A stretch of 64,000 nt of DNA from Lepidodermella squamata (lineage: Eukaryota; Animalia; Gastrotricha). The stretch's first letter is position 1. Every line of letters starts with the position of its first letter. Under the pieces are notes generated by a model. It saw nothing but the letters and a program-made list of their open reading frames with translations, made no database searches and was not told where the DNA came from. The position numbers and the translations under genes were made by a program. The DNA lies in NCBI GenBank assembly GCA_047495785.1, contig JBLDXI010000032.1, forward strand, positions 4,439,782 to 4,503,781, written 5' to 3'. Of the stretch, positions 12,803-22,307 are shown piece by piece.

Positions 12803-13972
12803 TCAGTAAGGACTGCGGAATCCGTTGCGGATACCCCATTGCCCGTTGACAGGTGGTGCGATGGGATGGATTCCCCAGTTTTTCACACCGGCGGGCACAG
12901 CGTAACCAGCAGAGCCAGCGCGCGCACCAACATTGTTCAGTTGCACACCGTTGCTGCCAAGGTAATTGGCACCGCCGTAGATGTTGCCGCCATATCCATT
13001 GACGCCGCCGTAGTAGCCGATAGGTGATGGTAAGCCTTGGTTGACGGCGTATCCTGGGTTAGCTGAGAGGTATTGCGTCGAAGCGACGGGAGCGAGGTAC
13101 AGATTCTGTTGGCTTGCAACGGGGGCTGCGTAGCCGTAGCCGGCGACTCCGCCATAGCGAGCTGCTCCAGCGGAAAGCGGCACTTGCGCAGCGTAGCCAC
13201 CTACAATTAGTAAGATGAAGCTTCAATTAGCCGTATAGTGTAAACTGTCTTACGGTAGACAGGGGCGGCATAATAATTCGCGGCGGGACCTTGGCGGACC
13301 TGCTGGTCGTTCACCTGGAATTGCTTGCCACCTTCCTCAGCGCCGTTGCTCGCAGCAGCCTGGAAGCCTCCTTCCCCAGCCCCGCTAAAGCGACCAGCAC
13401 CAGCTTGAGCGCCTTGAGCGCCCTGGGCTCCTCGGGCACCACCGTAGGCAAAACCATTGTCATAACTGCCGCCAGCCTGCTCGGCAGCAGCAGAGGTGCG
13501 CTCAGATGCAGCCAAAATGGATGCTCCATGTTCATAACGTCCAGCTGGCAAAAATTAAATTGGTAAATTTATTGCCCAGATTCAAAAACAACTAACCGGA
13601 TTGATCAGCACCAGCTCGCTCGCCACCATTTGAGTAAACATAAGCTCCTTGTAAAGAAACCCAAATAAATTAAGTTTTAGATGAATCATATAATTTTGCC
13701 CACCTTGCGAGCCCTGTGCACCTTGGGATTGTTGTTGCCCCACACCGTTGCCTTGAACCTATACGTAGATATAGCGGATATATGCATCGCTAAAAATTGT
13801 GTTTTGAACTAACACGATAGCCAGCGTCGGCCGCCGCGGTGTCAAATGCGTGTTGGCCGGCATCGACGGCAGCTTGTTGGCCAGCGACGGCTTGTTGTCG
13901 AGGGATGAGGTAGTATTGAGCGTTTGCAGCAGCAAACAGCCCTACGACGATAAGTGATGTCGAATAATACAT
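12803..13972 (-). CDS. Secreted Gly/Ala/Tyr-rich paralog, cluster gene 5 (five coding exons)
   Basis: Signal peptide MYYSTSLIVVGLFAAANA; short exons near 13758-13704 and 13647-13598 splice in frame to AGRYEHGASILAASERTSAAAEQAGGSYDNGFAYGG; last exon ends GIRNGFRSPY; TATAAAA at ~14084-14090. Confidence 0.82.
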
Positions 13973-15799
13973 GATATAAAATAACTGTTTTGTTTCTAAA
14001 ATATATTTCGACTTTATAAGTATTTAAAATAATGAAATAGGAAGGAGATAGTTGATGAAAGCGATGCGGTTTTAAATTCTGCGTTTTATATCGATAGCCG
14101 AATGCAAAGAATGCTCGTGCTAGACGAGAACATGTAAGGCTGGCTAATCACTGGCCGCGATCAGGTAGCCAACTCATGCCACGTGCAGTCTCGTGCATTA
14201 CACAAGTTTCTCAATTAGATGTACATTAATAATCTACCGGTCAAGTCGCAGACGATGATTCACATGCAGGGTCGTTTGTTCTGAGCTCGAAGCGCTCTGA
14301 TATCGCAATTGTGAGACACTTTCTGCGATGTTTAGGACATCGGCTAAAAACAAATAAGTATTTGAATATCGGCAACACCGGAAACATGTGCAAGCTAGCA
14401 GGATATCGTCGACTGAAGGTTGGTGCGAATTATTAGCGTAGCTACGGCATCTGATTGCCTTGCCGTCCAGCCAACCTAATAGCGTGGTTAGGTTGGCTAG
14501 ACTGTTAATGAAAAAACACTCATCGCGTCAACAAAAGCCAAAGGGCATTATACCCGGTGCTAATGTAGGCAGGAGGCGTTATGAGCGGCCGGCGGTAAGA
14601 TGCGCCCCTTCACCTTTACACGTCAATCGTGCCGACCATTTTATTATATTATCACTGCGCTTAATAGCCCGTTGTAGACAATGCGTTGAGCTCTGAGCTG
14701 TGGTTTGTGTGTCAATCCTATTAAAAAATGAATTATCCTATTCTTTACGAGGCTATCATGTTTCCACAAGTCAATTAAAAAGGTGGCCAGAATTTCGCTT
14801 CAATTATATCTGCAGGTCAGAAAGCTAACCTGCTATATAATTAAAACCGCCAACTGCACTCCTGGAAAATGGCAATAAAATGGCAATCTTTCCTTTCTCA
14901 TCAATGAATTATTTGTCAAAGGACAAATTGACGTTCAGAAGATTCTTCTTTATTCTCTATTCTTTCAAAGCCTTCTGAAATTCTGGGTCTGGGATATCTG
15001 TTGTAAGAAATTGGAAATTAAATTTGAATATGAAGTATGAATACGAAATGACTGAAATGATTAGAAAATTGGTTTTTTCAGTTTGTTCAGTTTCTGCTTC
15101 TCAATAAGCTTATCTCAATGCAGTTTCCTGCTCTCGCCAAATTATGCCGAAAACAAAAAAAACAATAGAAATACAGTGTGATTTTAGTGAAGTAGCTGAT
15201 TGTCTTTCCGATCGAACTTATAGGCTTATGTTTCTATGAAGGTTCGTTATCGATAATAATTTGCAGTATTCACGGAGATTCACCCATTAAATCTTGGATC
15301 TCGCGTTGAGAAAATTCGACAACGAAATATTGCTAACACAATTTCCGAATACAATTCTGCCTATTTTTATGAGTAGGCAAAACTTGGATCAATGGATGGA
15401 ACGAAGTTTTGATTAACTTTCATGATTCAGCTTTGTGTGGTATTGCACTCGACCAAATGTCTATTTGGCAAACATTCGATTTTAGACTATGCGTAGAGCA
15501 ACAATTACAGGATCTCATTTCGCCATTGTATACCTGAGTCAACGCTAACACGAGGTAAACTACGACAGATGAGTTGCCAAAATGATTTATTTTCTCTCTT
15601 TGCTCAGACAAGAGCTTGTATTAAAACCAATTGAAAATCGCCTCACGCTTGTCTTCTCTGAAGAAAGCTGAGGTTCACCGTTTACCTCACCGTTCAACTT
15701 TAGCTTTCGCTTCAGTTGCGCTGAGATAACATTGTGCTAATTCATCTGAATAGAGGATTTTATTTTTTTATGGCAGTGTGGATCGCTAGGAAAGAACGC

Positions 15800-16700
15800 T
15801 TAGTAGGCGAAGCCGTAACCAGCGTAGCCAAGACCGTTGACGCCATTGAGGCCAAGGCCGAGACCGTTGACGTTGTTGTAGCCACGGGCGTAGCCAGTCT
15901 GGTAGCCATAGCCAAGACCGTTGACACCGTTGAGGCCAAGACCGAGTCCGTTGACGCCGTTGACGCCGTTGACACCGTTGACGCCGTTGAGGCCAAGACC
16001 GTTGACGCGGTTGAGGCCGAGGCCAAGACCGAGTCCGTTGACGTTGTTGACGCCGTTGACGCCGTTGACACCGTAGACGCCGTTGACGCCGTTGACACCG
16101 TTGAGGCCGAGGCCAAGACCAAGACCGTTGACGTTGTTGACGCCGTTGACACCGTAGACACCGTTGACGTTGTTGACACGGTTAAGACCGAGGCCAAGGC
16201 CAAGACCGTTGACAGCATTGACACCGTTGACGCCATAGACACCGTTGTTGAGGCCGAGGCCATTCAGACCGTTGAGGCCATTGAAGCCAAGACCCTCGCG
16301 CTGACCAGCCTGAGCGCCGAAGAGGCCAGCCTGGGCACCAGAGGCCTGGTTAAGACCGAAGCTGTAAAATTAAACCGTTTGTTAATATTAAAGCTTGGAA
16401 TAAGAATGCAGCAGTATGCTGACAAAATCATATTCATGTGCCAAACCATGCAAAATTGGCCGATAAATTGTTAGATCAAAAAAACGATAAATTGTCGAAC
16501 CCCGAGTAACGTCATGATGAATTTTGCAAGTTTTCCATGATTTAACACAATCAACCAAGTACTTACTTGGTGTAAAGGGGAGCATAGCCATGGCCAGCAC
16601 CACGAACACCGAAGTTGTTTCCGTAGAAACCGTTGTTAAGACCAAGGATGTTGGCCTGGGCATAGCCGAAAAGGGCGACGGCGACGAGGAACTTGTACAT
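15800..16700 (-). CDS. Secreted (Gly-Val-Asn)n / GLG repeat protein, cluster gene 6 (~231 aa; exons 16700-16567, 16361-15800)
   Basis: Signal peptide MYKFLVAVALFGYAQA; phase-2 GTAAGT...TTTACAG intron; exon 2 (absent from the ORF track in this frame) reads NFGLNQASGAQAGLFGAQAGQREGLGFNGLNGLNG...GVNGVNGVN...GYAGYGFAY-stop; TATAAAA at ~16783-16789. Confidence 0.88.
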
Positions 16701-17674
16701 TTTGGACTGAAGGCTTAAGAGTCGTGAAAAGATGTCAGATGGGCGAAAATGCTGATGGCTAGGCTGTCGCGTTAATACGTTGCTTTTATACCGGCCGAGG
16801 TGGCTCGTATAACCGATGGGGGGCCCTGGCGCGTGCCGAAACGTGCCATGAAGCAATTTAATTTGCTCGCGCCATCAATACGGCAAACCGTTAACCTCCC
16901 GCTTTTATCCTCAAGCAAGTTCGGGATAACTTAGAATTCGGTATTGCCATAGCCTTTGCTGATGTAAGGTATGAAAGACCAAGCCGGAAATATTCCGTCG
17001 GCGTGGTGCGAGGTCACAATCCATAACTGGAGAGGCCGGTCGGAGCTTTCGGGTGGCTACGGTCGTCAGTTTGGTCATCACATGTACGCATGGCTAGCTA
17101 GTCTGATGTACATTTTTTATTGACCAACTTTTTGCATTATTTTCTTTCGGACGTTCTCACGTCATACTCGCGTTGCCAGGAGGTGTTGATAGTCGCGCTC
17201 TACCTCTATTACCACCGCAGCCCCCGCACGATAGCCAATGCTCGTGTTGTTTTAACGTTTTTTCATCATCGCTCTCCTTCACAAGTGAAATTATGACGTT
17301 TTTTATTCGTATTATTGCTATCTCGAGGTGTCGCAGCCGGCATATACATCTAAACCTTGGAGAGACATGTTTTCGAGAGAGTTCCATCTACCTCGGCTGC
17401 TTGATAAAAAGGCTTGGCCAGCATGTATCTCAATGCAAATCTTTATTGCTTTTGCTAAACATGGAATTACATATTATAAATTATAATGAGTATAGCATTG
17501 TGCCGCACATCGGCCGAAAAGAATGATGGGAAGAATGAAATATAAATTGGAAACAAGTGTCTCATGGAAATGCTTCCCGGAAGAATTTCATTGCGATGTA
17601 ATATTCAGTTTCTTTATTCTTCTTCTTTCACGTCCGTCTACTTCTTTATAATTCTGCGCCGGTTTGGTACCACT

Positions 17675-18475
17675 TCAGTTGCGCCCTGCCTGTCGTCTAT
17701 CAGAATTCCAATCCCGTCTCCTGGTGTTGCTGGGTTTCCGATTGTTATAATCATCGTCATCGCCTTCGTAGTAATAATCATAGTCGTCGTCGTCGTTGTC
17801 CAACTGATTGCTTCCGCGCCGACTATTCTGATCAGTCCTGCTTGCGTAACGATCGTTGCTATTGGAATTTCTCCTGCTCGAACTCGGAGAATTGGAATTT
17901 CTGCTCAAAAGAAACTCCATGAACTGTTCCCACAATTCTTGGGGATTCGTCGGCATCCAACTGACTCGATTAGTCGTTTGTGGTCTTGAGGTACTGGTGG
18001 TTTGCGGTTGTTGAGGGGGTGGTGGCGGTGGCGGCCGTTCAGGTCTCCGCGACCGGTCGCCCCGCCTCCAAGGCCCATATCCCTCGTCTTCACCTTGATC
18101 ATTATCATCACCGAACCACCGTCCGAAAAAGCGTTCATTGTTATCGTTATTCCGTGATTGCGGCCGTGCCACAGTTGTTGTAGGTACAGTGGTTGCAGGC
18201 GCTGTAGTAGTTACAGATGCGACCGTGGTCATCTTCACGGTGGTGCTAGAGGTGGGCGTATCTCTTGACTGATTTCTCGTCTGAACAGTAGCCGCTTTTC
18301 CGCGATTGCGTCTATCTCGTTGGTTGTATTCCTCATCGTCGTCCTCATCGTCGTAATAGTTGTAATTTTGTTGCCATCTTCTACTTCCTCGGTCATGTCG
18401 CTGGCGTTGGGCTCTCGCAACAGCAGCTATAAACAGCAAGCCGAACAGAGATAACACTAATTTATTATAATTCAT
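17675..18475 (-). CDS. Secreted disordered Arg/Asp/Asn/Thr-rich protein, cluster gene 7 (~266 aa)
   Basis: Signal peptide MNYNKLVLSLFGLLFIAAVARA; alternating acidic Tyr-rich (YYDDEDDDEEY), basic, Thr-rich and poly-Pro blocks; one amphipathic segment QELWEQFMEFLL. Confidence 0.8.
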   Translation of the reverse strand: MNYNKLVLSLFGLLFIAAVARAQRQRHDRGSRRWQQNYNYYDDEDDDEEYNQRDRRNRGKAATVQTRNQSRDTPTSSTTVKMTTVASVTTTAPATTVPTTTVARPQSRNNDNNERFFGRWFGDDNDQGEDEGYGPWRRGDRSRRPERPPPPPPPQQPQTTSTSRPQTTNRVSWMPTNPQELWEQFMEFLLSRNSNSPSSSRRNSNSNDRYASRTDQNSRRGSNQLDNDDDDYDYYYEGDDDDYNNRKPSNTRRRDWNSDRRQAGRN

Positions 18476-19056
18476 TCTAAACAAGATAAAAACATGAACA
18501 AGCGATGAAAGACAGGTTAAAAAAGAGCATATATGCTTTCCCGATTTGGAATAAGCCTACGCAGCAAAACGAAAGTTGTATCTAGATATGGCAACAGCGG
18601 CCAGCGCATATCGTTCGTTCCATTTCATGCTTTTTTGTTGATTCCCATCGACACGGTGCAGATTGGCCGAAACAAAACTAATTTAAAATCAAGGTTATCT
18701 AAGAACAATTAAATAAATAAATAAGAATGCTTAGGGTTTATTTAGCTGGGTTTTAACATTTTATTAGCTAAAATCGTTATGATTTTCGGTGCTAGTTCAC
18801 CTCAATAAGATCGTCAAGATTTTACAGTATTTCAAAGATATCTATCTACATTTGTTTCTGTGCAACAGATTTTTCAAAACGAAATGTTAAGGTAAAGGGA
18901 GAGAGCTGGGAGAGAGTAGGGCATATTTCAAGAAAAGAATCAACTTCAAGTTGATGGGTTGGCACACATTAGACGGTTTTTTCCCAGAAAAACCTTGACA
19001 AAAGCTAAGATTTGTCTCTTTCTCATACTTTCAAGTCGAATTTGTGTGCAACATTT

Positions 19057-19711
19057 CTAGTTCCAATCGTCACCGCGACCCCAGCGGTTTTGACGGTTTC
19101 CAGCTGGCGAACCGTAGCTTCCGCCACGACGACCACTTGGGTTGCGGTTATCATCATAGCCACCGCGGCCCCTTGATTCATTGTCAGGGCGCTCCCAGCC
19201 CCTGCGACCAGCAGGTTGGCGGTCGCGCTTGGCTTGCTCTTTGCGCTGTTGCCACTTTTGATACTGCTTGTACTCATCGGCGAAGCGCATGTGAAGCCAT
19301 TTAAGAAACGGTTTCATCCACGAATCGTCATCGGCTTTCTTAGTTTCATTCTTCGCGGTTCCATTAACGGAATGCCCGGCTGTTTCGTTACTCGGCCTTG
19401 AGTGACGTTTCTCGCCTCCTTTGTTGTCGTGACCACCGCGATTACGCCTGCGGAATTCAAAAAGTAAAAAAAGAGTGGATCATGAATCAGTTCGTTCTGG
19501 GTAAAAAAAAAACCCACGGGCCATCGTCGCCGTCATCATCGCGGTTACGACGCCAGTCGCCACTTGGCTTGCCCCAACCACCTCGAGCTCCACGGCCCCA
19601 ATCATCATCAGAAGCTTCATCTTCGTCATCCCAATTGCGATTTCTATGACCGCTGACTTGAGCTAGTTCGATGAGTACTAGCAGACCAGCAACAACAAGC
19701 CAAAGTTTCAT
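19057..19711 (-). CDS. Secreted Arg/Gly/Asp/Trp-rich protein, cluster gene 8 (two coding exons)
   Basis: Signal peptide MKLWLVVAGLLVLIELAQVSG; intron ~19517-19448 (GTGGGT...TTCCGCAG) joins in frame to RNRGGHDNK...DDSWMKPFLKWLHMRF...RWGRGDDWN. Confidence 0.82.
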
Positions 19712-19915
19712 TTTCAGATATCAAGATGATTTGAAAATTCTATAGCTAGGAAGAAGACAAATAAGAAATTATAATGTGACAATGATCATAGCAAAAGGAG
19801 TGCAATATATCTAAGCGCGACATTTCCCAGCGAGTAGAACAGGCAATTGAAAGGAGTTAGTATGCGGAGTAATAGTTAGTTTGCCTTACAGTAGGCGCCT
19901 GCCTGCTCCTTCAGT

Positions 19916-20029
19916 CTCCCCGCACATGTCCCACTGATGTCTCTCTAAACGTAGCGAGCCATCAGTGGGGCATACGGGGGGAGTAGCCCGCACCTTAGAT
20001 TCTCGAAGTTCGAGAATCTAAGGTGCGGG
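19916..20029. repeat. Two adjacent inverted repeats (imperfect ~68-nt hairpin and a perfect 21-bp-arm palindrome)
   Basis: CTCCCCG..ATGTCCCACTGATG / CATCAGTGGGGCAT..CGGGGGAG at 19916-19983; CCCGCACCTTAGATTCTCGAA-G-TTCGAGAATCTAAGGTGCGGG at 19987-20029. Confidence 0.85.
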
Positions 20030-20377
20030 TGCCGGATACTTTGAAAGCTCAAAAAATCACCAAGTTCAAATTGCGGGTGCTCATCTCTTTATTTTGCGCT
20101 ATAAAAATGCATAGTTTAGAAAGGGTGTGGTCAATCTCAGAGATTGATATCGCAATACCGAAGAATCAATAAATCAAGTGCAATTTCCCAGAAACTTAGA
20201 AAAACCATCATGGTTCACAATAAAAGTAAGTTACTTTCGCAACTTTCCGTGCTACAGAAAGATACAAATGGCGATTGAATTCGGCTTGCGAAAACAAAGA
20301 AAAGGGGAGGAATATTGTCAGTAAATAGATAGCTGTTCGTTTGCTGGGCTTTGGCATTAATGGCCTGAGGTCACAGT

Positions 20378-21131
20378 TTAGTTATCACCCCAACGGCCCC
20401 ATTGTCCGCGACCACCGCGATTCCAGCCTCCGTGGCCACCCTCACGGCGATTGTTCCAGCGACCTCCACGGCCTCCACGGCCTCCACGGTGGTCCTTGCG
20501 GCCCTTTCCTTCCCATTTGCCACCCCTGCGACCTCCACGGCGACCCTTGCCCCACTTGCCGCCCTTGCCGCCTTTACCGCCCTTGCGTCCACCGTGACGG
20601 CGGCCGAATGCACCATGACGGCCTCCGAATGGGCCCATGCCGCCGAATCCACCATGACGGCCACCGAATTGGCTCATGCCACCGAATCCACCATGACGGC
20701 CTCCGAATGGGCCCATTCCACCATGGCGGCCACCGAATCTGCCGGGACGGCCTCCGAAGGGACCTGGGAATCTACCATGGCCTCGTGAAAGACCTTTCTC
20801 ATCGGAATCGTCCTATTACAGAATGATAAATCTCAATTTTACAGCCAAAATATCAAGACACCTGACTTACATCGTCATCATCGCTGTCATCGCTGCTGTC
20901 ACTGCTGTCGCTGCTATCGCTATCATCGTCGCTATCGTCGTCGTTCCTATTGCCTCCACGACGGCCACCGAATCGACCGCCGAATCCTTTACCGCCAAAT
21001 GGACCGCCCCATGGGCCACCGCGGCCAACTTCGTTCTTTCCTCGCCATTCGTCGCCTCCACGACGACGTCCTGGCTCAGCCAAGGCGACTGCGAAGAGCG
21101 CGACAAGGATAGCAACTACGGCAAAGCGCAT
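20378..21131 (-). CDS. Secreted Gly/Arg/Lys-rich protein with an Asp/Ser block, cluster gene 9 (two coding exons)
   Basis: Signal peptide MRFAVVAILVALFAVALA; DDDSDDDSDSSDSSDSSDDSDDDD block; intron ~20870-20813; repeats GPFGGRHGGFGGM, GGK and RGG; TATATAA at ~21204-21210. Confidence 0.85.
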
Positions 21132-22307
21132 GTTGGAATTAGTAGTAGATTGATAGGGATATTCTCGATGAGACTGGTTTGAATTCCGCTCATTTCGCTC
21201 GGCTTATATAGCCTCTGTGCTGGGTCGAATCCCATTCTGCCACCCATGAAACTTTGGCTGCGGCAAGCGTCGTGTGATTGCCATAATGCACGGGCAATCA
21301 ACATCACAAGGTAATATTGAAAAAATGCATCAAATGTGCGTTGAGCTACATTTGTACGAATTCAGTCTACTGACTTAAGATTGATTGCCTTATTTATTGA
21401 TTTGTTCGATCTGAGATCGCCGATTGGTGAGATCTTCGCTTTTCTGGTAGCTACGGTGTCGTGCTAATCCCCTGCGCTTCTTACACGCCACAACCCGGTT
21501 AAACCCAACGTTGTTTTTCGCAGTCAACCGATTTTTTTCTGTATCCATGTGATGATCTCCCACGTCATAAGTTCTTTTGTGTTCCTTGATCATTATTAAA
21601 ATTACCAGGGAAAAGGTAGCTAATTGCTTGATGGCACTACACCTACGAGAGCACGACAGATGCTCAACCTTTCGAGCCTTTACTCTCGTGCTCACTAGAA
21701 AGTAATTAGTTGAAACCGCATGACTCTCGTGTATATGCTAAATTTTCAGCTGCCAGATCAACCACTGAGAAGCATAAGCTTGTAGCAAAATTTGATTGTT
21801 GCCTGCTTGCTACAATTTGCGAACATCATTCCAGCTAACTTATCCTTTTTGCTACCAAATGGACGCATTCTACTCTACTTTACTCTCTTCTGATTTCTGA
21901 GACTGCCAGATAACTTTCTCCTGTCACCTGTAGCTTTGCAGTCAGAACGTAACTTGACTCGGAAGGCAGCATTGTAGATATTATGTAGAAGTAACAGATA
22001 ATACATCAAATCTTGCCTTTTAATTCAATCACTTGCATTTATTCAATGCTATCATTCAATTTTGAATGGCAGTGCTAGTTTTTGCGCCAAGTCATGCGTA
22101 AAATCACGATCCCCTGACGAGCGGATACGGATAGATGACCAAAATGCATTGTATCAAAAACATCGAAGAGCCTAAACGCGGATATTGATGAAAATCTACA
22201 CGGCGAAATAACTCCTAGGATATGCTTATGCATATGATCATCTTAAAATAAAGTAACAACGGGTATTTCGTCGGACATATCATTGATGAGTGGAGCAGAG
22301 TCAAGGC

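Noticed and set aside
15800-16361. Collagen
   Set aside because: Gly-X-Y runs are short, interrupted and lack Pro; no collagen terminal domains
1532-16474. Long + strand ORFs (e.g. 1944-2666, 4204-4992, 9778-11037, 15734-16474) and alternative-frame minus ORFs
   Set aside because: Shadows of GC-rich, codon-biased repetitive genes on the minus strand; no signal peptides or independent features
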